This document shows, piece after piece, positions 1 through 12,559 of a stretch of 47,617 nt of DNA. This DNA comes from Octopus sinensis. Its lineage: Eukaryota. Location of the stretch: contig NW_021834577.1 of the NCBI RefSeq assembly GCF_006345805.1, forward strand, positions 1 through 47,617, given 5' to 3'. The notes below the pieces were generated by a model. That model saw nothing but the letters and a program-made list of their open reading frames with translations, had not been told where the DNA came from and ran no database searches. Both the position numbers and the translations under genes were made by a program. How positions within the stretch are numbered: position 1 is the first letter of the stretch; each line of letters opens with the position of its first letter.

Positions 1-24
1 TTTATATTCGTTTCATATTTTGAC

Positions 25-180
25 ACAAGGCCAGTAATATTGGATAAGACAATTATATCGTCTCCGAAAAGACTAAAGGCAAAGTCGACTTCGACGGAAT
101 TTGAACTCGGAACGTAAATATGCATGAAATGACGCGAAGCACTTTGCCCGGGGTACTAACGAATATGCCCGCTCAACGCT
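25..180 (-). mobile_element. SINE family B variant, diverged
   Basis: AAAGGCAAAGTCGAC..CGGAATTTGAACTC motif shared with family B. Confidence 0.7.
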
Positions 181-279
181 TTGTCCCATATACTTATATT
201 AAGGAGACGGCTAGACAGTTTGATTTTTAATTTGTGGATATGTTTGTTGATCTAACGAATTCTAAATATTATGCATCAA

Positions 280-338
<59 letters not shown>

Positions 339-393
339 CTGTTGTGTGGGGAGCCAATCTCTTTTAGTTGCCTATAATTAACACACTGACAGG

Positions 394-438
<45 letters not shown>

Positions 439-597
439 GTAAAAAGTAAAAGAGTCAAAAGGAAGAGTAAGTACGGTTAGGCAAGTTTTAATCACTACAA
501 TTGTTCGATACGTACAGATCCTCGTATATACAAGATTTAAAGTTAAGTTTAATTTTAAATTATTTAACGATTTACCTGTATAAGTAGATCTATAGTA

Positions 598-637
<40 letters not shown>

Positions 638-676
638 ATAATATATATATATATACATATTAAATATATACATAAA

Positions 677-975
677 GAGCACTCCGTCGTTACGACAACG
701 ACGAGGGTCCCAGCTAATACGATCAACAGAACAGCCTGCTCGTGAAATTAACGTGCATGTGGCTGAGAACTCCACAGAAACGTGAATCTTTTGTTCTCAG
801 GGAGATTCGGCGTGACACAGAGTGTGACAAGGCTGGCTCCTTGAAATACAGGTACTACTCATTTTTGCCAGTTGAGTGGACTGATGCAATGTGGAATAAA
901 GTGTCTTGCTCAAAGACACAACGCATCACCGGGAATTGAAACCACGACCTTACGATCATGAGCCGAATCACGCCT
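677..975 (-). mobile_element. tRNA-derived SINE family C
   Basis: The minus strand has a B-box-like GGTTTCAATTCCC followed by GTGTCTTTGAGCAAGACACTT (CORE-like). Confidence 0.65.
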
Positions 976-1308
976 TCACACACACACACACACACACAGA
1001 CACACACACACACTCACCTGTTGTCTCCTATATATTCAAGGTTGAATTTCGTCTTGGGGACTGACAAACGTGTGCACCGAACCGACAATCTCCACTTAGG
1101 GCGAAATGTGTCTGTCGTTCTCGGGAATCACTCTTGCGACAGTGGTCATCACATAACTGGGAATGGTGCATTAACAAAATATGCATTTACTATGATGCGC
1201 AGATAGCGATATATATGCATGTATGTGTGTGTGTGCACATGGACGCACACACGTACGCACACATACACACACACATACGCACACATACACTCACACACAT
1301 ATGTATAT

Positions 1309-1725
1309 ACTCTTTTACTCTTTTACTTGTTTCAGTCATTTGACTGCAGCCATGCTGGAGCACCGCCTTTAGTCGAGCAAATCGACCCCGGGACTTATTC
1401 TTTGTAAGCCCAGTACTTATTCTATCGGTCTCTTTGGCCGAATCGCTAAGTGGCGGGGACGTAAACACACCTGCATCGGTTGTCAAGCAATGCTAGGGGG
1501 ACAAACACAGACACACAAACATACACATACATATACATATATACATATATACGACAGGCTTCTTTCAGTTTCCGTCTACCAAATCCACTCACAAGGCATT
1601 GGTCGGCCCGGGGCTATAGCAGAAGGCACTTGCCCAAGATGCCACGCAGTGGGACTGAACCCGGAACCATGTGGCTGGTTAGCAGGCTACTTACCACACA
1701 GCCACTCCTGCGCCACTCCTGCGCC
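1309..1725 (-). mobile_element. tRNA-derived SINE family A (CORE-like), full length
   Basis: Head GGCGCAGGAGTGGCTGTGTGG (A box), GGTTCAGTCCC (B box), a CORE-like ..TTGGGCAAGTG motif, internal TA/TG microsatellite, tail GAGTAAAAGAGT. There is an 11-bp duplication at the 5' end. Confidence 0.9.
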
Positions 1726-1952
1726 TATAAGTATATATTAAATATAGAGATATTCAATTGACAAGCCAATAATTTATTTATACAATATAACATTAAATAA
1801 TATGAATATAATATATAACATAATATATAACAGCGGTGGTGCGCCAGCATGGCCGCGGCCTTTGGGCTAAAACATTTTAAAGGATTTTAAGGATTTATAA
1901 TAAATATAACATAAATAATTATAACCATAAAAGGCCAACACATTGTTTCGAC

Positions 1953-2009
<57 letters not shown>

Positions 2010-2599
2010 TGGCTGATATAAATATTCACAGTTCCATCATATATAAAGTCATTTCACTGAGTGTTTCGTTAATATGAGGAAATAAAATAGGTCATTTGCT
2101 TGACCGAGCACCAATAGTTAATTATAGACGCGCCTTAGCTCGTTAAAGTCATTCATTTCTGTTTATTACGATCAACAACGTCATCACCAGCAGCCAATTT
2201 AAGCGCTTTTACGCAGCAGTTCATCATGCTAAAAATAGCAGCAATATCGCTTTCAAATTATACTCTTCTTGTAAGATAATATAATTCCACGTTTATTGGT
2301 ATTACATTGGTCAGGGTCATGACCCAAATGTCTTTATGTTTTTTTTTTTTTATTTTTAGAAATGACCTAGATATCAGCTACCAGAAGGGCATTTTCACTG
2401 AGCGCTTGAGTTCAACAATAATAAAATCTATAATGAACAGAAGGTGGACACCACCGTCGAGAACAAGACGTCTATCGCCTTTATTATTTCTTGTAATCCC
2501 CGTGTCACAACCACCTTTTCCTACTCCTCATCTTTCTGCCTCTCCTTCGATTCCGGCAGCTGCTACTACAATGATATTGTCATAAATCTTTCACATGTA

Positions 2600-2780
2600 G
2601 GCGCAGGAGTGGTTATGTGGTAAGTAGCTTGCTTACCAACCACATGCTTTCGGGTTCAGTCCCACTGCGTGGAACCTTGGGCAAGTGTCTTCTACTATAG
2701 CCTCGGGCCGATCAAAGCCTTGTGAGTGGATTTGGTAGACGGAAACTGGAAGAAGCCCGTGTTATATATGTGTGTGTGAA
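2600..2780 (+). mobile_element. SINE family A, 5' half
   Basis: Same head as the other copies; ends at the internal microsatellite. Confidence 0.85.
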
Positions 2781-3184
2781 AAAGAAGCATCATTTAAATT
2801 TTATCTCCTCGTACAAAATCGGCTGCAATTCTAGCTGGATTGTTTGCTCTTTCCCGAAGCGATGATAGCTTTATAGAATAAAAAATTATCTTATGCGGTA
2901 TTTAGGCTACCATTCTTCGTTGGTTCTCAAGTTCTTTTACGGGCAAATCTTTTAACGCAATTTCGTGTTTACTACACACACACACACACATTGAAATTGA
3001 GGTACAACAGATATCTGCAAACCGCAAGTGCAAGAATGTCTACAAATATGTGAATCATGGTATACTAAATACCATGGAAGATAATTTTTTTCATATATAT
3101 ATATATAATATATATATATATATATTTATACATATTTATACAAATTTATAAATTTGTATTTTCTCCGTATTTTCTCCGTAGTTT

Positions 3185-3255
3185 TTTGTGCTAAGCCACT
3201 TGGTGTTAAATTAATGCTATTATTAAATTAATATCAATTTTTCACCCTCATTTAT
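3185..3255 (+). mobile_element. Short remnant homologous to the hammerhead-array unit
   Basis: CACTTGGTGTTAAATTAAT...AATTTTTCACCCTCATT resembles the array minus strand CTACTTGGTGTAATT...AATTTCACCCTTCATT; it ends in (TA)n. Confidence 0.5.
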
Positions 3256-3263
3256 ATATATAT

Positions 3264-3369
<106 letters not shown>

Positions 3370-4745
3370 ATGGCTCCTAAGCCATAAGGTGAATGCACTT
3401 TATTTTGTGTAGAATGCAAATGTATTTTAGAAATAGCAATTTCGTGAGAGCAACCCAAATGAGTTAATCAGAGTGTGAATGTTCACGTAATTAAGTATTC
3501 TTTAATATTATCTTAAAAGTATCAAAATTTTTTAATCACTTCAGGGCTCTAATGTTCTTCTAATTAATCGTATTCGATCAAATGTATTCGTTCTAAGAGT
3601 CTTTAAGATATTGACTTATATCTCATATACTGTGTATGCCAGAACCATGGTGAATATCAGTGATATTCTTTTAGTTTGCTTTGATTAATGCTTTGACAAC
3701 TAATAATGTGTTTAATTCTCAAGACTAGTAACACTGTGTTAGCAATATTAATTTGTAACTCTCACTACTAAGTATTTATGTTTTACCTGTGACTCGTTAT
3801 CTCTGCAGCATTCTTTAAAATACTTCTTAGATTACATAGATATTGAAATTATCTACGTAACTTTAATTGAAAGTATGCCATAGAATGCGCTAAAAACTGC
3901 AGATGTTACTGCAAACTTATTATTATCTGTTTCAGGACCTCAGCTTTCATATATTATGATATAAGCATCACAAAATGTTGAGATAGTCAAATCTTACGCC
4001 ATTTTTTGTTGGTTTTACTTTTGCATACATCATCTAAGATAACATTCTAACACAAATTTCAAGAAAAGCCACAAGAAGATATCTATCATCAATTAAGTTT
4101 CTAAACGATACCTTAATTAGTATATAATTTTGCAAATAAAATTTAACGTATTGCAAAAATAAATATATTACAAGAAGTGATATATTGATAATTAAATTTC
4201 TTAATATAACCTTAAACGATATTGCTTTTACGAACAAAATTATATATATTGTTAGAGGACATTCATTAATTAGTACAAGTCGATATAACTACACAAAATG
4301 AAACTAAAATTGATTACACAAAACAAGATACGAGCCACATGTCCTGACGTTGAAGAAATTACACTTTCAAATTGCTACACAACCCTGGCCGTAAAAAGTG
4401 ATAATGAAGCTTCTAATTTTCAACATCAATTATATGCTAGTTCTATAATATTTCATCTTTTACTTGTTTCATACCGGGTGACTTTTGCCGAACCGCCAAG
4501 TTATCGTAACTTAAACACAGGCATAGAGACACATACGCACACGGGGGTCATTCAGACACCCGTCTTCGCGGTGAACAGGAATTCATCTTCTTTATTCGTC
4601 CTTTGCGCCACATGGACTCAGCATTCCTCTCCTCTTCATCTAACCTCGTCCTCTCTCTTCTCTTCCTCTCACACCTACTTCCTCCCTTCACTTCAACCCA
4701 CCTCTCCTATCCTCTCTTGCTCTGACACCTGTATATTGCTCTTCC

Positions 4746-4783
<38 letters not shown>

Positions 4784-5827
4784 GCAACGGCTTTTTATCA
4801 ATTTTCCATCTACTAAACCCACCCATAAGTCTTTCATTTAGGACTGACCAAAGAACCATGTGATGGGGAAGCAAACCTCTTACTACACAGCTACCTCTGA
4901 GTCTATAAAACATCTTGAATAGTTGTAAATTCTCTTAGTCTACTAATATTTAACAATACACATCCTGGAATTGTGTGTGCATGGATGATTACATAAAACT
5001 CTATGCGCAACTGAAGGAGTCATGAAAATATAAACACTAATATCGTTTTAGAATCTCATATTGGATTAACATTAATCTTATTTGATATGATCAGAAACGT
5101 AGCTTATTCAGCGCCAACTCAGATCTAATCACATTACTTTTGCCAGATTTTATCTAGAATTGTCAAAAATAATAATATAATCTTTGATATTAAATGGATA
5201 TCAGTGGTCATTTCGAAAACAGAAAGACATATTTTGTAAAACTATTCTTCTTATGAACCACGGATTCTGTAAGATCTGTTAAAATATTTCGAGCTAACTG
5301 CATCTGCTATGAAAAGACATTTTGAACATTCATGTTTTTCTTTTAACATTCATCAGATAAAATTTTATGTATAGCAAAACGTAAGGTTACATGTATTTAA
5401 CGAAGGCAGACATCCGATTTTGAATTTGTTCTGCAAGGATTTTGGTCTGAAATCGTATGTTGAAACCAATATTGTTATATGCAACAGAAGCAGTGTTTGA
5501 TCAATATATGTATCTAACTTTTGCGGTATCCCTCCGAAAACATACTTCTTATAGACGTAGTGTTTACCATGGCAGGTGAAACCATTCCAGCATCGGTGGT
5601 GGGAATGCTAGAGGTGCCTGTCGGTCACGTTGCGATTTGCCAGCTGCATGTACCTACAGCTGAGTTCATACTACGAGAAAGTGTTTCACTACTGACTGAG
5701 GAAAACAGTGATTGAGCATTAATTGGATATGCAACTAGCCGCCTGGTTAAATAAAATATCTTACGCATAAAAGAAGCCGTATTGCATTAAAATAGCCTCC
5801 TATGTAACATTTCCTATCTGGAGGTAG

Positions 5828-5920
5828 TAAATGTACGGCATCATTCGTCCAGAAATATTAAATTTACGGCGTCATTGATTCAGAGATAATAAATTTACAG
5901 CGTCATTCGTCCAAGGATAT
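5828..5920 (+). repeat. 31-bp minisatellite, 3 diverged copies
   Basis: TAAAT(G/T)TAC(G/A)GC(A/G)TCATT... starting at 5828, 5859 and 5890. Confidence 0.85.
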
Positions 5921-7104
5921 TAGCTTTTATGGACGTGCTGTGTTTAAAATCAGAAATTATATGAGCGGCAGACGAAAACCATCCTACGGTGGTAGGGAGA
6001 ACGGTAGATGCGCATTATTCCCTCACTGAGCGATATCAGTAGCATGTATTTATTGACAAACGTGTTCTAAGGAAACGACAGTAAAACGGTTATAAAACAA
6101 GAACTATGTTGCAATAAGCCCGCTTCATTAAAATCTGTTTTAAGCATTAAAAGCAGTTTTGGTTTAAAGTAGCCGCCTGTGTAATAAATACAGCAGTTAA
6201 TTTGTCTTTATGCCATATATTTACATAATGTTCGATGCACATATGGTAATATTCTTTATTCTTGGAAGAAAACATAACTGTCAATCATGGCTCTTCTCAT
6301 ATATCACAATAAAATATTATTACCACTTCACTATGGTATCTGGTCTGGTTTTAATATATTTGATTTATTCTGTATTTCTGCTGTTTATAGTGTGTATGTT
6401 AATAGTATGTATGTAAAATAACATTTATTAAACGTTTCTGACAAATGAAGCTATGTGGATTCCTCGTTATACATCTAAAGAATATTGGGCTTTTAACAAA
6501 TTTAGTAAACTAAATAATAAAATGATGCGGTTTTTACGTAAACAATCTTTTGCCAAATAATAGACATAATAGAAGATTTAAACGATGTACAATTGTAAAC
6601 ATGGATATCAAGGAATATAATTAATAATCAATGATCTTTTGTAGTATTGCCAATTATTGTATACGACATTTTCTCCGTACAATGTGCGTGTAAACAATGA
6701 AAATATAGAATAACACTCAACCATAAAACATACTAATCTTGTAGATCTTCCATCAGATAAATTTCTCAAATCAAACAATACACATTATATTATGTAATGT
6801 ATATGATTTTTTTAATGTATTTAAATATACACATGTAGATATTTCTATGTTTATATGCATATATTTGTGTGTATACTGATGTTTGACTTTGTTATGTATG
6901 TATATTAATGGATACACAGATGTGGGAGTATGATTTTAGTATGATTATGCTTATATGTTTGTGCTTCTATATATGTGGGAGTATTGTGTTGTTTTCAATA
7001 TTTTTTGAGAGAGAAATTATTTTGAGGTCTCTGACCTTTTAGCTATACTGGTTGTTGTTCAATATAATATATCCGTGTATGTATGTTTGTACTTATGTAT
7101 ACAT

Positions 7105-7506
7105 GGCGCAGGAGTGGCTGTGTGGTAAGTAGCTTGCTTACGAACCACATGGTTCCGGGTTCAGTCCCACTGTGTGGCACCTTGGGTAAGTGTCTTCTGC
7201 TATAAATTCGGACTGATCTAAGCCTTGTGAGTGGATTTGGTAGACGGAAACTGAAAGAAGCCCGTCGTATATATGTATATAAATATATGTATATGAGTGT
7301 ATATGTTTGTGTGTCTGTGTTTGTTCCACCAACATCGCTTGACAACCGATGCTGGTGTGTTTACGTCCCCGTAACTTAACTGTTCGGCAAAAGTGATCGA
7401 TAGAATAAGTACTAGGCTTACAAAGAATAAGTCCTGGGGTCGATTTGCTCAACTAAAGGTGTTGCTCCAGCATGGCCACAGTCACATGACTGAAACCAGT
7501 AAAAGT
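7105..7506 (+). mobile_element. SINE family A, full length
   Basis: Homologous along its whole length to 1309-1725. Confidence 0.9.
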
Positions 7507-7899
7507 ATGGATATATAAACTTATATTTGTATTATATGCACACGTATAAATATATATATGCATACCTAAATGCATGTGTGTTGGGGGAGATGCATGTATA
7601 TTGGCGGTGTATGACCGATTGTTTTATGAGTTCGCTTTGCAATCTTGAAATCTCAGCTTTGATTGTGCCTTTTAAAATCCTGGAGAAATTCCATTTTCTC
7701 AAAATTCAGGTCTACACATACATTTTGAATGGAATTTGATAAAGAAAAATTATGACAAAGTCTGTCGCATATCTCAGAGAATTTCATTAAGGGTTCACGA
7801 TTCAATGGAAAACCATTTATATTTTTTTATTTCACGCATGCGCATTGTTTGTTTTTGGTTTTCTTGACTACACAGTACAGTAGGATCCGGAGGGTACTA

Positions 7900-8510
7900 T
7901 CTGTGAGAAAAACAGCACCATGACGCAATTCACTCTGCCAGATTATTGATGCTGTCCTGCTTGGCATTCGCTCCAGAAGCTCCAATACGGACATTTCTGA
8001 GTGTTTGGGTGTCAATCCGAGGACAGTGCATTCTGAGGACATGTACCGAGAGTGACCAATATAAAATATGCAGACAATATCATGGTGTTTAGAGTGATCA
8101 CTAGTGATGTCAACGTTAGGCGTCCATTCATCTTCCCATATGACCTCAGACTCAATACGGAGGCATACATCAAGTGACTGGTGGAGGTAGCGAGGCCGTT
8201 GGCTAAGAGGGTGACTGCTGGAAAACTTTATTTCTGGCAACAGGACTCTTCAAACAAGCAGAACGCATTCACAGCTGTCAGACATTTTCTGCGACAACAT
8301 CACCCCTAACATTTAGCTACCTAATACTCTAGACTCTGTGGGACTGGGACTCAGTTGAGTGAGAGACCAACAAATCTTGTAACATCAAAGATGAACTGAA
8401 AGCAAGGATTATGGCAGCATTCACCAACTTAAAAAGGAGAACTCCAGAAGAGTCGCAGGAGATTCCGCAATTGTCTGGAAGGCATGGTTGAAACCAATGG
8501 TGACCTAAAT
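7900..8510 (+). mobile_element. Tc1/mariner (maT/DD37D-like) transposase fossil with internal deletion
   Basis: LLGIRSRSSNTDISECLGVNPRTV (HTH-like), then NIMVFRVITSDVNVRRPFIFPYDLRLNTEAYIK*...KRVTAGKLYFWQQDS and KDELKARIMAAFTNL. Confidence 0.75.
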
Positions 8511-8818
8511 TATAAAGATAGAAAATGTTAACCATTTCTCCGTAGACTGAAAGATGATGAACAACCTTATTAAGTTCTCTTCAGAGGTGTCCACATTATT
8601 CTACCAGTCTCCAGAGAAACACGAAAGCAAACTGTTTAGATACTCAACAAATGCAGCAAGGAAGGAGTCTCGCTCTTTCTCTCACCCATTCAATCTCTCT
8701 CACCGTCAATCTCTTTCTTTCTCACTCTCTCTCCCATCTTTCTCGGCCATTTTTATACAGCTATATATGAGTTTTGTGTTTGTGGCGATGGTGTCCACGA
8801 AGCGGTATAAATTTGAGT

Positions 8819-9018
8819 GAAATGCTTAGCAGTATTTCGTCTGCCGTCAAGTTCTGCGTTCAAATTCCGCCGAGGTCGACTTTGCGTTTCATCCTTTCGG
8901 GGTCGATAAATTAAGTACCAGTTACGAACTGGGGTGGATATAATCGACTTAATCCGTTTCTTTGTCCTTGTCTGTCCTCTCTGTGTTTAGCCCCTTGTGG
9001 GTAGTAAAGTAATAGGTA
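8819..9018 (+). mobile_element. tRNA-derived SINE family B, 5'-truncated
   Basis: GTTCAAATTCC B box; central GTCGACTTTGC.TTTCATCCTTTCGGGGTCGATAAA, which from memory resembles the Meta-SINE-type domain (unverified); tail GTAGTAAAG.AATAG. Confidence 0.9.
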
Positions 9019-9113
9019 CAAATTTGAGTGGGCTTCGCGTCGAATTTTTTAACCGCTTAAAGTAGGCAACAAACGGGCATCCGCAGAGGATTTCAAAGCA
9101 CCGTGGTACATCT

Positions 9114-9213
9114 TATTTATGACTATGCAAGTGTTATTCCCAATTCACTTCATTTTCAAATTAACATTTGAAAATGAAGTGAATTGGGAATAACACTTGC
9201 ATAGTCATAAATA
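9114..9213. repeat. Perfect inverted repeat: 48-bp arms, 4-nt loop
   Basis: TATTTATGACTATGCAAGTGTTATTCCCAATTCACTTCATTTTCAAAT-TAAC-exact reverse complement. Confidence 0.95.
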
Positions 9214-9464
9214 GTTCACAGATGCAGCGCTTTCGGTATTGATAATATTAATGTCAGCCATGGTCTTCTAAAGTATTTCTCCCTTGTCTAAAAGAGATTT
9301 TTCACAATACAGATCAAAAGATGGTAATTTGTTGAGTAAAAGATATTTCTCGTTATCTTAACGAAATAAAACAAACCGTTACTAATCCAGGTGTGGTTTC
9401 TTCAGCATAAAGAACAAAGAACACGATTCTCCACGCCTGCATGTCTGTTTGATGTCACATTACG

Positions 9465-9502
9465 TTTATGCATGTATGTATATATGTATGTGTATATGTA
9501 TG

Positions 9503-9535
<33 letters not shown>

Positions 9536-10240
9536 GTATGTATGTATATATGGATGCATGTATGTATGTATTTATGCATGTATGGATGTATGTATGAATG
9601 TATGTATGTATGTATGTATCTATGTATGAATGTATGTATGTATGTATGTATGAATGTATGTATGTACGTATGTATGCATGCATGCATGCATGTATGTATG
9701 TATGTGTGTATGTATGTATGTATGAATATATATATGTATGTATGCATTTATGTATGTATGAATGTATGTATGCATGCATTTATGTGTGTATGAACGTATG
9801 TATGTATGTATGTATGCATATATGTATGTATGTACGTATGCATGTATGTATATATGTATGTATGTACGTATGTTTGCATGCATGTATGTATGTATGTGTG
9901 TGTATGTATGTATGTATGTATGTATGTACATATGTATGTATGTATGTATGTATTTATGTATGTATGTATTTATGTATGTATTTATTTATGTATGCATGCA
10001 TGTATGTATGTATGTATGCATGTATGTATGTATGTATGTATGTATGTATGTATGTATGCATATATGTATGCATGTATGTATATATGTATGTATGTATATA
10101 TGTATACATGTATGTATTTATGTATATATGCCTGTATGTATGTATGTATGTATGTATGTATGTATGTATGTATGTATGTATGTATGTATGTATGTATGTA
10201 TGTACGTATGTATGTATGTATGTACGTATGTATATATATG
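9465..10240 (+). repeat. Long (TATG)n tetranucleotide microsatellite with TACG/TGCA/TGAA variants
   Basis: ~775 bp of degenerate TATG repeats; source of the MYVC/HTYI pseudo-ORFs. Confidence 0.95.
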
Positions 10241-11779
10241 TGATTGTGAGTGTGAAAACCTTAGCGAATCCAAATTTATGTATTAATGTTTTTAAATTGT
10301 TTTTGTTTTTATCACATCTTAATCTGAAACTGAATATATCAGCTTTGAAACTGGAGGTCTGTGTTCTGTCTTCATTAATTTTGCATTCTTTCTTTTAGAC
10401 TGGAAACATAACACATGCACCACCACATGAAGATGCTTTCAAAGAATGCTGTTGTTTTCTTGTTTTTTTTTCTTATTTTCTTTGCTTAGAAATTATCCCA
10501 CCTCTCTCTTTCTCACACTTCCTTACTCTCTCATTCTTTCATTCTACACTCCCATATCTATGCATGAATTTTTTTTGTTTTTACAGTTAGGGACTAATTT
10601 AATACCAACTAAGACAAAGAAAGACATATTCCGTCTCTCACATTGTCACATATTATTTCTTAATTATTCATGTTAAGCCTGTTATTTGAAGATACGATAG
10701 TTCTGAGAACTAGGTTATCATCCTTTCAGTTCAGTAATTCAGACTTGTTGATGTGTAATTTTGTTCCAACTTATACATGTCTGGTGTTGACAATATTGAC
10801 TTTGAAACTTGATATTTGTGTTCTGATGTTTGTCTTGGACCATGTAATATGTCATAAAATCTTTGCTGGCTAGTTTATACTGGTTTCTGGTTGAAGGATG
10901 TTTACTTACTTGCGAAACAAATTTTTCCAGACATTCGATGGCAGAGGACAAGAATGGATAATTGTGATGTTGCCAAGGTAATTCTAAGATATGACATTGG
11001 TATTGCTACACTGCTTAGATGTACATGGTTGTTATAAGTGAACGAAAAGTAGGAGAAAGCAAACGTACATGTTTCTAGATAGCAAAACGGTTGTACTTTA
11101 CTTTGACAATTTTTTATTCTTTGATATCTGAAGCAACTGAGGATACGACAGTTTGACCAAAAGAACCGGCTATTGCAAGCAAAACTAGATATTGAAAATA
11201 ACACATTTCGCCAAATTTGGACATATGACAGTTTAACATAATAGCAGCGATTTATTGTTTGTAATCTAGGAATTTTGTTTCTTTTTGTTAGACAGAAGAA
11301 ACTGAGAAAATGGTTGTTTTTTGATATTTTTTAGCTCATCTGAATTCAAGATGGAGGTTGAGTTAATATGATTAATGTTCAATTCCTATTGTTACATTGT
11401 ATCTCCATCTTCTGTCCATTATTGGCTTATCCTTTTCTTCTTCCTACTGTTCATTCACAGAGGGAACACTGGAGTTGGATTTTATATCAGTCGGAATATT
11501 GTGGAAAAATTAGGAAAGGTACTTCGTGAGGGTTTCGACCGCATAATGTATTTGTGATTTTCTTTGAGATGGCAGCCATTACGTTACAGTTGTGTGGTTC
11601 TATAGTTTAAAAATATCCTTCATCGTTGATCTCTCTATACAGAGTAAGGTGCGAGAAATCAGGGATAGACTTTCGGGTTTCTGCACTGTAATGAGGCAAA
11701 ACATTAGTTTCTCTAAAACAAAAACGAAGTTCTCTCATTCCTTCGAGAATCAGTATTATGAACCTTAAACATGTCTATG

Positions 11780-12000
11780 TTGCACGAAACTTACCGCGTT
11801 TGATTGATTTATATGAAATGGTAGGAAACATCCAAGTTTTGGGACATTGGATGAGGAGATTCGCTATGGAATAAAGTGTAGCAGTATGGCTTTCGGTCAG
11901 TTAGAAGCTCGAGAGTCAACTCGGTTATATATGTATATGAGTACTAAGTGGAGAGCCTGTGAGACTAGCATTGGCACAGTACTTCTCTATGCATAGGCAT
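11780..12000 (+). mobile_element. Degraded RTE-like RT C-terminal fragment
   Basis: From 11841: GTLDEEIRYGIKCSSMAFGQLEARE...STKWRACETSIGTVLLYA. An upstream GNTGVGFYISRNIVEKLGK (~11461-11520) resembles a LINE AP-endonuclease segment. Confidence 0.55.
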
Positions 12001-12559
12001 ATGAAAATGTCAGATACCAAGGGCAACAAGCTAACTTTGTGATTTGTAATAGAACTTGCAGGTCAGCAGTTGAGTCAAAAAACACCAGGGAACACAAAAC
12101 AAAGAAAATAATAAGATGTTTCAAGAAAAAAGGATGGAAGTGTAAAATATGCTCTTACTTGGTAGAGTCGACATGTATGTATGTATGTATGTATGTATGT
12201 ATGTATGTATGTATGTATGTATGTGCGTGGATTCCAGCTTCTTATATTGAAACGGAAGCAGTTATTTACGTTGCTAAATACTCCAACAATTATTGTTAGA
12301 AATCTAAGGATATAATCCGAATTGAATACCTGTATATTTGTCATCAATTGAGAATATATGGCGGTTTTTTTGCCCCTAACCCTTCATGGCACTGTGACTT
12401 TTACTGGACAGTGAATGCCAGCTAGTGTGGTTAGTTTACTTTTCTCTGATGTAGATCATTATGCCTGATGTAATATACCTTCATTTTATTGTATCTAAAG
12501 AGTAATATTTTACCTGTGTCCTTTTGAATTTCTTTGTGATAATTGTTTTCGTATCTAGT

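Noticed and set aside
1480-1761. Recurrent ORF family MSSNARGTNTDTQT...ASFSFRLPNPLTR (also 7043-7345, 20587-20940, 41778-42008)
   Set aside because: These are translations of SINE family A; the similarity between them reflects repeat homology, not a protein family.
2358-2443. Candidate host exons with plausible AG/GT boundaries (also 10931-10977 +, ~19180-19290 -, ~33830-33950 -)
   Set aside because: They are short, the peptides are unrecognisable, the strands are inconsistent, and such sites are common by chance; RNA-seq would be needed.
5275-5365. CUGAUGA...CGAAA on the minus strand
   Set aside because: No pairing for stems I-III was found.
5521-5715. GC-richer patch possibly from a Tc1/pogo transposase
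   Set aside because: No convincing catalytic motif in any frame.
9391-10398. Long ORFs of MYVC/HTYI repeats (up to 266 aa) and the many YIYI/CVCV/THTH ORFs elsewhere
   Set aside because: They are translations of stop-free microsatellites, with no coding signal.
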